The position numbers were made by a program, and so were the translations under genes. DNA of 64,000 bases from Folioceros fuciformis (taxonomy: Eukaryota): positions 1 through 64,000 of the forward strand of contig JBNGIO010006211.1 of NCBI GenBank assembly GCA_049999805.1, written 5' to 3'. The notes under the pieces were generated by a model. That model saw nothing but the letters and a program-made list of their open reading frames with translations, was not told where the DNA came from and searched no databases. Positions 24,425 to 35,883 of the stretch are shown here, one piece after another; positions within the stretch are counted from its first letter, which is position 1, and every line of letters begins with the position of its first letter.

Positions 24425-27256
24425 ATGAGGCCATGGTTGAACTGCGTACGGAAGCCAGCTCCGGTGACTTTGCATTCTCGGCTGCAGACTGGGATGAGTA
24501 TGTCTCCGTGGACTGCCAACGAGAGGTACTGTGCTGTCCTGAGTATTGTTCCAAAAGCCTGCAACAAGTGCTGGGATTTATGTGAGAAGGAGAATCAGTG
24601 CAATAGTGAGTTATTCTGCTGTTGCAGGAGACCTATTACCTCTAGGGACTCATGGGAGGTGGAGAATTTCTGCAAACAGGGACGGTTACACGAAGCACTG
24701 GGTATTCTTAGGGGATTGGATGTGCAGGGGAGTGTTCCTTCGGTACGGATGTATCAACACGTGTTGCAGGCATGTTCGAAGCAGAAAGACCTTTCCAGCG
24801 CCAAGCTAGTATACTCACACATTGTAAAACACGCATTGGATTCGAATAGCGTGTTGGGCGACCTTGTGGTCATAACATTGGTGAATTGTGGAAGCCTCAA
24901 AGATGCACTTCCAGTTTTTCAACGTTTGTCTCGACGCGATGCCTTCTCTTGGACAGCCATCATCTCAGGCTACAGTGACGCTGGGCAATATCGGAAAGCT
25001 CTCTCATGCTATGAGCAGATGCAACAGGAAGGTGTTCAGCCCAACAACTACACATTTGTCAGCTTACTCAAAGCATGCAGCAGGTTAAAGGATCCGGTGG
25101 AGGCCAGGCGAATCCATGCTGACGCTGCTAACCTTGGGCTTGAGTCTGACGTTTTTGTTGGGAGCACTTTGGTGAGCATGTACGCCAAGTGCGGGAGCAT
25201 GGTAGACGCACAAAAGGCTTTCGACACCCTGCCTAAACGGAATCTTGTGTCTTGGAACGCAATAATCGCGGCTTATGCCCAGCAGGGCCAAGGAGAAAAG
25301 GCGTTGCAGATTTTTGAGAAAATGCAAGCGGAGGAAGTAAGTGCAGATGCACGGACTTACGTAGCTGCTCTTCAAGCATGTGGGACCCTGTCCGAAATGG
25401 AGAAAAGCGTACTTGTGGGTGGTCAAATGGTGAAGGAGAGGACGCTGGAGCAGGGCAAGAAGATACATACTGAAGCTGTCCAAGGGGGTTTTGGGTCTAA
25501 CGTCTTCGTTGCTAACACTCTGGTAAGTATGTATGCAAAGTGTGGGAGCATCGTGGATGCGCAAAAGGTGTTTGACAGTCTGGTGGAGCGCAATGTAGTG
25601 TCGTGGAATGCGATGATTGCAGCCCACGCTCAGCAGGAGCGAGGAGAAAAGGCCTTGCAGATTTTTGAACAGATGGTAGGAGCAAAAGTGAAGCCAGATA
25701 CTAGGACGTTCGTCAGCGCGCTTCAAGCATGTGGTGCCATGGCAGAGAAGGAGGACAGCGTTGTGGTGCATGGGCGAAACGTCAAGGTAGTAACCCTGCA
25801 AAAGGGGAAGGAGATACATGCAAAAGCCAATGGGATTGGGTCTGATGGAGATGTCTTCTTCAACAACAGTTTGGTGAGCCTGTATTCCAAGTGTGGAAGC
25901 ATCATAGAGGCACGTCAGGTGTTTGATGCTTTGTCCCAGCCCACCGTGGTGTCATGGAATGCCCTGATTGCGGGCTATGCTACCCAACATGAAGGGGGAA
26001 GCGCCTTAGAGATCTACCGCCAAATGCAGAAGCAAGGCATCAGGCCAGATGCGCGGACGTTCGTAGGTGCTCTCCAGGCATGCGGCATGGTTGCAGACCA
26101 GGAGAAGACTTGTCTGGTGGATGGGCAGTTTGTGCAGGTGGAGTCTCTGCAACAGGCGAAGGTGGTGCATGCTGAGGTTGTGAACATGAACCTTGAAACG
26201 GACATGTTTGTGGGTAACACTTTAGTCAGTACGTATTCAAAGTGCGGGAGCGTCAAGGACGCAGAAGAGGTATTCGGCAGAATGTCCCAGCGCAACGAGG
26301 TAACGTGGACGCTCATGATTGCAGCTTACGCGCAGCAGGATCAAGGGGACAAGGCTCTGCAACTGTACATCCGAATGCAGGCAGAAGGCGTGAAGCCACA
26401 GGAGTCTACCTTCGTTTCCGTCTTGGAAGCTTGCAGCAACACTGGGGCCCTGGATACCTGTGTCCGAGTTCACCAGCATGTTATTGACACTGGATTGGAA
26501 TGCAGTCCACCTGTAGCAAGCAGTCTCGTCCATGCTTATGGGAAGTGTGGCAGCATGGAACAGGCTCAGCGTGTATTTGACTCACTTCCGCAGCAGGATG
26601 TGGTTGTATGGACTGCACTAATTGCTGGGTACGCTCGAATGGGGGCTTTGCAGCAGACCATGGTGTGCTACAACGACATGTGCGTAGCAGGCGTAGAACC
26701 AAATAGAGTCACGTTTGTGGCAATCCTGTCTGCGTGCAGTCATGCAGGCATGGTAGACGAGGGACTGAAGTACTTTGAAAGCATGACCCGGGGGCATGGC
26801 ATTTCTCCGGAGTTGGAACATTATGCGTGTTTGATAGATCTTCTTGGTCGCGCTGGCCTTTTTAACGAGGCAGAAGACATACTGTCGCAGATGCCAATGC
26901 AGCCTGATCTACCTGTGTGGTTATGCTTGCTGGGTGCCTGCCAAAAGCATCGTAACGTGAGACTTGGGAGGAGGGCATTTGATGCAGCAGTGGGCTTGAA
27001 TCCAAAGCATTCTGCTGCTTATGTGCTCATGTCAAATATCTACGCTGATGCTGGTATGCTGGAGTCTGCGGACGAAATAGATCAGTTGAGACAGAGTGGA
27101 GATGCCTGGAAGAAGCCTGGCCAGAGCTGGATTGAGCATGGACAGGAGGTGCACACATTTCTCGTTGGAGACCACAGGCACGAACAGGAAGCAGTGCTGT
27201 ACACGACGTTAAAAGACTTGGGCACCCAGCTTAAGGAGTCTGTTATGTCAAAGTGA
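24425..27256 (+). CDS. PLS-class PPR protein, E+ type with canonical PG box and no DYW catalytic motifs
   Basis: 943-aa ORF with PLS triplets, HYACLIDLLGRAG, E domains and KKPGQSWIEHGQEVHTFLVGD. It stops before HxE/CxxC. Possible in-frame intron at 24526-24627; true start uncertain. Confidence 0.95.
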   Translation: MRPWLNCVRKPAPVTLHSRLQTGMSMSPWTANERYCAVLSIVPKACNKCWDLCEKENQCNSELFCCCRRPITSRDSWEVENFCKQGRLHEALGILRGLDVQGSVPSVRMYQHVLQACSKQKDLSSAKLVYSHIVKHALDSNSVLGDLVVITLVNCGSLKDALPVFQRLSRRDAFSWTAIISGYSDAGQYRKALSCYEQMQQEGVQPNNYTFVSLLKACSRLKDPVEARRIHADAANLGLESDVFVGSTLVSMYAKCGSMVDAQKAFDTLPKRNLVSWNAIIAAYAQQGQGEKALQIFEKMQAEEVSADARTYVAALQACGTLSEMEKSVLVGGQMVKERTLEQGKKIHTEAVQGGFGSNVFVANTLVSMYAKCGSIVDAQKVFDSLVERNVVSWNAMIAAHAQQERGEKALQIFEQMVGAKVKPDTRTFVSALQACGAMAEKEDSVVVHGRNVKVVTLQKGKEIHAKANGIGSDGDVFFNNSLVSLYSKCGSIIEARQVFDALSQPTVVSWNALIAGYATQHEGGSALEIYRQMQKQGIRPDARTFVGALQACGMVADQEKTCLVDGQFVQVESLQQAKVVHAEVVNMNLETDMFVGNTLVSTYSKCGSVKDAEEVFGRMSQRNEVTWTLMIAAYAQQDQGDKALQLYIRMQAEGVKPQESTFVSVLEACSNTGALDTCVRVHQHVIDTGLECSPPVASSLVHAYGKCGSMEQAQRVFDSLPQQDVVVWTALIAGYARMGALQQTMVCYNDMCVAGVEPNRVTFVAILSACSHAGMVDEGLKYFESMTRGHGISPELEHYACLIDLLGRAGLFNEAEDILSQMPMQPDLPVWLCLLGACQKHRNVRLGRRAFDAAVGLNPKHSAAYVLMSNIYADAGMLESADEIDQLRQSGDAWKKPGQSWIEHGQEVHTFLVGDHRHEQEAVLYTTLKDLGTQLKESVMSK

Positions 27257-27623
27257 CTGACAGTTTTCGAGGTTTCGGACATACCGGAAATAAGATCACT
27301 GGACGTGATCATCATGTCCGGCCTTCCTTCTCAGGTGGCTTCACGAAGGAGTTATTCCGAACTACTGTTTAAACCATTACTTGATCGTAGCCCCACCCTG
27401 ATGGTCTCTTACCAGATTGCCGAGTAGTCTACATTGGTCAAGCAACCTTTCAAGCTGGCGTGCTCGAGGCTACCTCTTCAGACAACCTGACTTGGCATCT
27501 ACGCTACAAAACTGTACAGAGCTGGCACTTAATTTTGTAGGGGAGTACCTGCCCCATCTGCACGTGGATTCCACGACCGAATTGATGGCCCCTTCTCGTT
27601 CACTGTTTAATCGCCATCGAACT

Positions 27624-28182
27624 TCATCTTGCGGTGTCAGCCTTAGAGCCCGCTTGATTAGTCTCCTTGGCAATACTGAAGCCTGTGAAAGCAGTGGTGG
27701 AAGACTTCTGCCGCGCTACAAGGAAGTTCTTTGGTTGAGCAACACCATTCACAGCTTCAACGGCAGGCACGGTCGGGTTGGCTTCGGCCGGTTTCGTTCC
27801 TCTGACCTCAAGCAGGTGGTCGGCATCCGGCTCTGTCACATCATAAATGCATGCCAGTGTCTGAGAAACGAACGATGAACAGCAGCTTCAAGAAACACAC
27901 CTCACCTGTTGTTTGACACCACAAAATCAGCCCGCACAAAAACAGGACCACTGGTATGAGATGAAGAAGGTGTTCAGGCCGAATCTTTGATTGCTTCTTC
28001 TTGTCATTGTGGTCGACTTCGTCATCGTGAAGATCGAGACTACTCAGGCTCAAATTCTTGGGTACGGAGGCGACACTCTGCCTTGGTGCCGCTCCGGAGG
28101 CAGCAAGGACCTGTGCAGCGCTGGGAGAGGAGACGAGATGGTCCCCCTCCACCGTGAGATGTATACTGTTAGAACGCTGCAT
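27624..28182 (-). CDS. Small plant protein with one transmembrane helix, uncharacterised (2 exons)
   Basis: Starts MQRSNS; hydrophobic HLLHLIPVVLFLCGLILW segment. Donor ACAG|gtgagg (~27905) joins acceptor acag|AGCCG (~27832) in frame to the stop at 27624. The MQR start and HLIP motif resemble a land-plant family of unknown function. Confidence 0.7.
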
Positions 28183-29599
28183 ATTGTGCCCGATGAGTAG
28201 GTCTAGACTGCAACGTTTGAACTGCTTCTGATCCCGAAGCCTCAGAGTCTTGAAAGCACTCGAAATCGGCAGCAGCCACCTGAAGTTGCCAGACTCCAAG
28301 AATTCCTGTCCAGAGAGGCATCAGAACAAAGTGTTGCGCAATGCCTCATGAGTTGTCCGCAAGCCACACAGTTCAGGACCAGGGAGCGGTGCCGTCACGC
28401 TATCTGAAACTCGTGCAGTACTTTCGCTTACCAGTCTTCCGTGGATAATTCAGTCACCAAAAATCCGAAAGGCAATATATGCAACAGGAATCAACTCTAG
28501 TCCGTGCTCCACAAATCTCCGTCTACAGACGCAGTCGAGGTTGAAATGCGCATTCTCGGCCGGACCTTCTTCGAGCACAAAGATTGGACAGCTGACTGCC
28601 TGCTGAGTAAGGCCCTGCGTAGGCACCCACTCGAAGCCTCAATTGCACGGACTTGATGCTGCAAATCGCACACAGCGAGCAAAGCTCTCCAGCCAAGTTT
28701 GTTATCGTGATAAGCTTGAGCAGGCAGTAGATGGTCACGGATGCACTGTCTCCAAGGCCGTTGTCGTGATCCGACCCGGAGGAATAATAGAGCGGTGCAG
28801 AGGAGACGATTGTCGTGTCCTCTGGCTCGTCCCCCTGTGCCGGCAGCTGCAGGAGGCGCTTGCTTGTGTTGCTCGTGTGCGCCCGGCTCTCCGTCTTTCT
28901 CTCTCTTCTCTCCTTCTCTCACCTTTGCTTGAAAATCCGTCGAAAATCTCGCGCCATAAAGGAAGCATCGCCATAAAGGAGGCCCCGAGATCACGATTCA
29001 CGACTCGAAGGGACTTTAAAAGGCACGATCAGCAGTTACTATCGTGAGCTAAAGGGACCTTCACATCGTCTCCTCCTCTTTGCAAAGAACATTCCAGTCC
29101 CACGGACATTGTCACGTCGTAACTGTCATCACCCCTGGTCACACCACCTCATCGAATACAACCAAGAACATCTGGCAAGTTCACTGCCTGCGTACGAAAC
29201 TTAAGAAGCAAGTACAAAGTGAGCTGACGATGTTATCATCTTCATGAGCCGTCCACGACCAAACAGGTGTTGGATGCATCGCCAACTTGTTTTATAAATT
29301 TATGTTTTATAAATTAAATAATTAAATAATTTTACATGTCACGTAAATATAAAGACGGGCCGAACAATCCATACTTCCAAAGTTCTCTTATTTATTTTAG
29401 AAAATAAGATGGAAAATCATCTACCACTAGAAAGAGAGATAAACCATGCTAAGGATACTAGGGGCTAACCTCCAAAGCCTAATGAATACTAATAGCAACT
29501 AAAAATCATGGTCGGGGAAGAGAAATGCTCTACCTACCATTATTAGGGTTGCTGACACCATCTCTCTTGCCACCGTTGTCGTCTTGTATCAGGCATTAA

Positions 29600-31050
29600 C
29601 CCACACTTGCTGTAGATCAATGGAAAGCCTTTGCCGAAAAACGCCACAATACACGAAAGAAGAAGACCAAGCTTAGTTTTCCTGTTCTGAATCGCCTTGG
29701 CGCAAGACTTCAAAAACTTGGAAAATGCCTTGCACATGGCCCAGCTTGGGGAGTTGACAGACTGTGACCCATATGGGTTCAATTATGACCACGTCAACAA
29801 TAGAAACTTAATGTTCTCCCTAGATGATGAGGAAAAGGTCAGCCATTAAGTAGAGTGCATGGGTGCTCCTTGAAGGATAGCAAGCTAGCCTTTGCCTTTG
29901 TGGCCAAGGAAACATGACATCTCATACGGCATTGTGCGCAGCAATCCATTGACCCCCAACTGGACAACATGACCCCCAACTGAACAATAGGCAAGATGGT
30001 ATCTAAGTTATCTAGTGGCATCAAGATGGTATCTAAGTTATCTAGTGGCGTCCTGCAACTACAAGAGGAGAGAGAGCAAGCCAAAGGTTGGACCAAATCA
30101 AGGCGAAATCTCATCATAGTAGAGAATGTAGCTAGAGCGATTCGGAAAGCCCAAGTGTTAGGTTGAGCCAAGAGCCAAGAGATTGCACCCTTTCTTAACC
30201 ACGAATAGAGCTGTCCCCAAATGGGCCTAAAGAAGAGTGAGCTACACTTGGTCGTATTCNNNNNNNNNNNNNNNNNNNNNNNNNNNNNNNNNNNNNNNNN
30301 NNNNNNNNNNNNNNNNNNNNNNNNNNNNNNNNNNNNNNNNNNNNNNNNNNNNNNNNNNNTTAGGGACATTTGCAAAAAAGAAGGCACCCTCTTCGACAAC
30401 AAGGATGAAAGATTCCAAAATGTAGGCATCAATGAGAAAACAGGAAGCCAAATTAGGAGCTAAAAGGACCCAAACTCGCAAGAAAAAGCTGTCGGTGCTG
30501 ATATCTGTGTTGCCAACAAATCAACGCCTCCAAATAAGATAGGAAGAGACATTTGTCGTCTTGTAAGGTCCCTCGTATCACACTCAAAAGTACATGACCA
30601 ATTATATCTACAAAAACTTGCATAATCCTATTTTCAAAGCTCTTGAAGCTTGCTACGAATATTGAAGTGGGGGACCATATAGAGAAGGTACCCTAGACGA
30701 AATGTGCGGGGGACCATATAGAGAAGGTACCCTAGACGAAATGTGAAACGCAAGGAAAGAATCCCAAAAGCCACATATGTGGTCATTCGCATGGACTAGG
30801 TCTTCCTTGAGGGCCAAATCCATAAAGCCTTGGACAAAGGCTTAGGGCTCAATGGAACCTTAGAACTTGAAAGCCCCTTAGTGAAAAAGCAATTTCGCCC
30901 CCCAATAAGATTAGAGAAGGCAATTCCATAAAAGCAGACCAAACCCTACACCTAGAATACTTTACCTAAAAAGCTCCAAAGCGTCTCTTGTAAGCTAAAT
31001 GTGAGGAAAAATACTGCAAAGCTTCTCTTGCATGAACACTTGGCCCCAAA
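29600..31050 (-). mobile_element. Decayed non-LTR retrotransposon with REL-type endonuclease region (CRE/R2-like); N-gap at 30260-30359
   Basis: Ordered minus-strand fragments KYSRCRVWS, G-L/F-QVL..VP, GGVDLLATQISAPTAF, KGAISWLLAQP, MRFRLDL..CSC..PLD and SIVDVVIIEP follow the C-terminal layout of REL-type elements. Internal 27-bp (~29992-30049) and 39-bp (~30669-30745) tandem duplications. Confidence 0.6.
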
Positions 31051-31702
31051 ATATGAATAAAAAAGAGTTACAAAGTTGAAAGAAAAATTATGAACAAATT
31101 AAAGAGAATTTAATTGAAGAAGGTCATACTACAGAGGAGCAGCTATAATTTCGTTTGTAGCTCCTTCAATATCATGATCAAGTAAATACAAGAAAAAGTC
31201 CTCCTCTTAATACCTTTTTCTCAGTAAAAATGATATTTCTTTGAATATAAATGTTATAATAGTTTCCGAACACAATCTGCGCGGGAATTAGCATATCGTC
31301 GTCTGTGGAGAACTGAAGAATCTGCGGAAACTATGGGAAGGTCCTGATTGGTACTCTGTGGTCATCGTGGGAAGACCTTGCAGTGTATCAGCTCGTGAGC
31401 CTGGTCCTTGCTTGAGAGCCTGGAAGTACATAGCGAGGGGGAGTCCATGGGTAGGCTGTGGTCAGAGTGTTCGGTTCAGCAGCTCCTTTGAAGAGGGATT
31501 GGAAAATTGTCACCCAGCGTTCAACGGGTAGGTAGATGGAGAACTCGGAAGGTGACACTATCTCAATCTCGAAAACTAGTGCTTGCAATATAGCAATGGT
31601 ACTTCATCGAAGTTGTCGCACAGTTACACCATCTGGTGCAATGCCGGGCCTGGAAGCAAAGGCCTGGACACACGTCGCAATCGCCATTTCAAAACCTTAG
31701 TG

Positions 31703-31711
31703 AAACCCTAA
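31703..31711 (+). promoter_or_regulatory. Telo-box AAACCCTAA ~90 bp upstream of the APC6 ATG
   Basis: Exact motif. Telo-boxes are known near the start of plant translation and cell-cycle genes, but a 9-mer could arise by chance. Confidence 0.45.
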
Positions 31712-31800
31712 ATTCAAACTGCCAAGGCTGTAAGACCCCTTGTGCTGGAGAACTGCAGAGAGGCGGGGAACAGTGGGAGCAAGGCTGTGTGGAGGGCAGC

Positions 31801-33465
31801 ATGTGGGAGATGGAGGTGGAGAAGTTGAGGTCGGTGGTACGTGACTGCCTGGGCAAGCATTTGTACTCTGCAGCCATTTTCTTTTCAGACAAGCTCATCA
31901 CCATGGCTGGAAACGCGACGCAGGACACGTACATGCATGTGCAGGCCTTGTACTTGGGGAAGCAATACCGCAGAGCTGTGCACTTGCTGCGCAGGCACAA
32001 TCTGGTGCCAGCGGATTCTCGGTTCCGCTACCTGGCTGCTAAGTGCTTGGAGGAGGTGAAGGAGTGGGATGAGTGTCTGGCCATGCTTGGGGACGGGGAG
32101 GTGGATGAGGATGGGAACGTTCAGATCCCGGAGCAGGAGGTGGGGGATGCCGAGTTTCTGGATTTCAGGGAGGCTTTGGATGACCGGGAGATAAGCGTCA
32201 GCTCGGCCATGTGCTTGTTGCGAGGGCGGGCGTTGGAGGCGCTGGAGAATCGGAGTCGGGCCCTGCGATGGTACAAGGCCGCCTTGAAAGCAGATCCTTA
32301 CTGTTACGAGGCCTTTACTCACCTGATGGACAACCACATGCTGACCAGTGAGGAGGAGACGAAGCTGTTGAACTCGCTCAAGTTCGAGCCGGAGGATCGG
32401 TGGCTGTCGTTGGTGTATTCTTGCAGGGCTAAGAAGTATGGTCAGAGTACGGCCACTATGGAGGCAAGATTTGCGGAGCTGGAACGGGAACCACAAGACT
32501 CTTCTCAGGCAGAGGAAGATGGGAATCCAGGCTTTTCCCTGAAGGACAACAATGATGTGATAGCTTGTAGGGCGGACTACTATTACCACAGGGGAGAGTT
32601 CCAACGCTGTTATGACACTACGAAACTGATCTTAGATAGGGATCCCTACCATCTATCATGCATTTCTTTGCACCTCTGTGCTGCCTTGGAGCTGAATCGG
32701 AAGAATGAGCTTTTTTTACGGGCGCATGCACTGGTGCAAGAGTACCCTCAGAAAGCTATAGCCTGGTTTGCCGTTGGGTGCTACTACCACTGCATTCGAC
32801 AGTTTGATCATGCTCGCCGCTATTTCTGTAAGGCAACTGTTCTAGATGGTGGGTTTGCACCTGCGTGGTTAGGATTTGGGAATGCTTATGCCGCACAAGA
32901 TGAGAGTGACCAAGCAATGGCTGCTTACAGAACTGCTGCTAGGCTGTTTGCTGGGTGCCACTTGCCAGTGCTCTGCATAGGAATTGAGTATTTACGAAGT
33001 ACCAGCCTGAATCTTGCCGAGCAGTTTTTTCTACAAGCAAGAAACATTTGTCCTACTGATCCCCTGGTGTACAATGAGCTGGGTGTCCTGGCTTACAGGA
33101 ATAAGGACTATGATGCTGCAGCTAGATGGTTACGGAAAGCATTGATTCTTGTGCCTGCACCAGTCACAGATGCTTGGGAGACCACAATTGTGAATCTGGC
33201 TCACGCATTACGGAAGCTGAAGTTATATTCAGAGGCTATCTCCATGTACGAACGGGCGCTTGCACTTTACCCTAGAGGTGCAAGTACCTATGCTGCCCTT
33301 GGTTTTACTCACCACATACAGGGCAACATGGGCCTGGCTATTGATTATTACCACAAGGCTCGTGGCATAAAGCCTGATGATTCGTTTACCATCGAAATGC
33401 TAACTCTTGCGTTAACAGAGGAGTGCACCAGACAGAGCAATCAAGATTCTTTCAACTTCACTTAG
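31801..33465 (+). CDS. APC6: Anaphase-promoting complex subunit 6 (CDC16), TPR protein, intronless
   Basis: MWEMEVEKLRSVVRDCLGKHLYSAAIFFSDK, WFAVGCYY, AWLGFGNAYAAQDESDQAMAAYRTAARLFAGCHLP, DPLVYNELGV, WETTIVNLAHALRKLK. One uninterrupted ORF. Confidence 0.95.
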   Translation: MWEMEVEKLRSVVRDCLGKHLYSAAIFFSDKLITMAGNATQDTYMHVQALYLGKQYRRAVHLLRRHNLVPADSRFRYLAAKCLEEVKEWDECLAMLGDGEVDEDGNVQIPEQEVGDAEFLDFREALDDREISVSSAMCLLRGRALEALENRSRALRWYKAALKADPYCYEAFTHLMDNHMLTSEEETKLLNSLKFEPEDRWLSLVYSCRAKKYGQSTATMEARFAELEREPQDSSQAEEDGNPGFSLKDNNDVIACRADYYYHRGEFQRCYDTTKLILDRDPYHLSCISLHLCAALELNRKNELFLRAHALVQEYPQKAIAWFAVGCYYHCIRQFDHARRYFCKATVLDGGFAPAWLGFGNAYAAQDESDQAMAAYRTAARLFAGCHLPVLCIGIEYLRSTSLNLAEQFFLQARNICPTDPLVYNELGVLAYRNKDYDAAARWLRKALILVPAPVTDAWETTIVNLAHALRKLKLYSEAISMYERALALYPRGASTYAALGFTHHIQGNMGLAIDYYHKARGIKPDDSFTIEMLTLALTEECTRQSNQDSFNFT

Positions 33466-34510
33466 TAATTTGCGTTTTGGCACCACAAGCTATCGATGGT
33501 GTCTTGCCAACCGGAAGAATCTCTTCATTCCTCAGAATGAGTCTTTTTGGACGATAATTGGATGGTTTCCCCGCCAGACAAATTCGAAGCAACGACGTAT
33601 GTTGGCTGCGTGTTCAGTTGTGAGCAGGTACTTTTTCAGATCGTGATTTCTTGCAGCCTAAGATGTGAGCGAAGTATCTCATTGCTCGACCTTGGTCACA
33701 GACAGGTGGTCGTAAATGGGTATTGTTGAGGGGGTTTGGTTGTTAACCACCCTACGCGTCAGACTCTGGTACCGCTAATTGAACAGCCACAACTGCTTCG
33801 CGGAGGTTTGCTGCATGGTACCGGGGTAGTACCTGGACGAACTACCGGCATATCACCGGCACACGAATTTTGTTTTCACCTCCTGATCACAACTACATCT
33901 GCTTGGCCTTGAGCTGACTCTGAAGATTCAATCTCCCGAGAAGATGGGTACTGCAAGCTTGCACTCCACGGGCACTTTTGAAGATAGCCAGATAAGTGAT
34001 CTTTGACAAGTGTGGTCTTGGGTGATTACCCGAGACTGAAAAGGGCACACGCAGGAAACAGTTCTTTACTTTACTTAGTGGATGCTGCCATTGAGGTATA
34101 TCCTCCTCCCACCATTTCTCCACATGTGATATCTTGTCTCGGGCATCGGTCGGTTCTGGTTCAAGACAATTGTGCCACAATTGAAATCCGTTATTAACAA
34201 AATGCAGATCGTTTTGTTCACTATTGAATTCGTGAACCTCTGCAAATTGTCCTCTCAGCAGTACTGAAACTAAAGAACGTATCTCGAGTACAATCTCATG
34301 CGTTGCAAGTCCGCAACCACTTCCAAAAATATTCCGGGATAGCGAGAAAACTCTAGTCCGTGAGGAGCCTGTCAAACGGGTAAAGAAAGGTGACAGCCTT
34401 CGGAAAACAGCGATCCTCAGTTCGTGGAGCTACCTTGTGTATGTATGTTGTCGCTAGATTGTTTGTGGAAAGCAATGACAAGTAGCCAGAGAACCATTGC
34501 TATGGACTGG

Positions 34511-34987
34511 TCAGCGAATGGGATGCATGTGTGACTGTTGCTGCCTCCTAATATTCGCCTCCCTCACACGCTTCACGTAGACGACTACGCAGGCAACAAT
34601 AATCCCCAGTATAACTGCGACAGAAATTCCTCCTTTGGCTGCTGCTGTGAGACCATGCTTGCCCTCTTTTGAGGAGCTTGATGACGTCTGATTACCCGTT
34701 ACTGGACCCTCTGCGCCGCTATCAGTTGGTGGAGCTGGAGGTGAGAAAACTGTTTGAGCTGGACCTGGAAGCAAGGGAAATGGACTCGGACTGTCCTCAT
34801 CATAAGGGCTCGGACTGTCTCCATGAACTGGCAGAACATAGGACCCATCGCCGTCAGCGTATTCAGGCGCTGATGCAGGAGATGGGGCTTGAGCACCAAT
34901 CAGCGCGGTGCTCTGCAAGATCAACAGGAAGATCAGGCAATAGAATGGAGCGGAGACTTCAGCCTTCATGGTCTTCCCGAATTCCAT
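34511..34987 (-). CDS. Type-I membrane protein with Pro/Ser-rich (AGP-like) ectodomain
   Basis: Signal-peptide-like N-terminus, AP/SP-rich region (APSPASAP, SPSP), TM helix GGISVAVILGIIVACVVVYV, then basic KRVREANIRR. Confidence 0.75.
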   Translation of the reverse strand: MEFGKTMKAEVSAPFYCLIFLLILQSTALIGAQAPSPASAPEYADGDGSYVLPVHGDSPSPYDEDSPSPFPLLPGPAQTVFSPPAPPTDSGAEGPVTGNQTSSSSSKEGKHGLTAAAKGGISVAVILGIIVACVVVYVKRVREANIRRQQQSHMHPIR

Positions 34988-35883
34988 GTTTCACAAGATT
35001 CCACGAAAGGGTGTAGCTAAGGTCCTCCGCTGGACTTACAGCGCATTTCAGATCTGAAGGACAAAGACCAGTTAGCCAAAGCTAAACGTCAAGGAGAACA
35101 CTTCAATACAGTACAACGTTAGAGCAGAAGGATGATAGGCGGGCAAATACTAATGCAAGGTTGTGAAGTCGACAGAACAGCAAAGAAGGGCACTAATTAG
35201 TTCATCGAATCGTCGCAGAGACAACATTCTCCCTTCGCATATTTCCAAAGAGAACTCCAATCTCACCGGCAAAGAAGCTTTCTGCACGCCTTCAACCAAG
35301 AACGGAAGGAAATACGCCAATAGGCAAACAAGCGGCAGCCTTTCCACTGCTACAGATCACCCCAGAAAGCTGCAGCCAAGCTGATCTGAATTAGCGCATG
35401 GAATCGATAGACACAAGAGACCGGATGCAGCTACGTATCCGATCAAGCAAGCTGGGGAGCTCTCAAAACACTCAAGTTTCCTGGGCACTGTCAGCACAAT
35501 CAAACATTCCGGAACCTTGTGCCTCGCAAAAATGCAGATGCACCGAGCTCAGTCGCAATTATGTGAGCCAGGAGAAACTTCAGCAGATGCCGACAATGCA
35601 GAAGCAGTCCAGGCGGGTCGTCAAAGAAGCAGCAACCACTTTGAGACTTCACGTTGGCAAGAACCCAACTGGCGAAACTGGCGCTACCGGCAAAACGGTG
35701 TCCTCATTCCAGTCCATGATTGCCTTGATTCATGTCGTGTTGCGCCGTCCAGATCCCCCGATCCCGATCACATCGTCTGTGTGAAACCGGCTTTTTGGCA
35801 GCCCTAATCACAAGGAGCATCTCTATCCAGTCTGGATCATGCCATCTATTCCATCTCACTGAGTCCGTTGAGCCAAGGCAGCC

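Noticed and set aside
28497..29047. Overlapping ORFs upstream of the small membrane-protein gene as conserved uORFs
   Set aside because: GC-rich promoter/5' UTR, mostly non-ATG starts, and no recognisable conserved peptide.
33893..34375. 160-aa minus-strand ORF between APC6 and the membrane-protein gene
   Set aside because: Non-ATG start, no recognisable motif, and it lies in likely 3' UTR/intergenic sequence.
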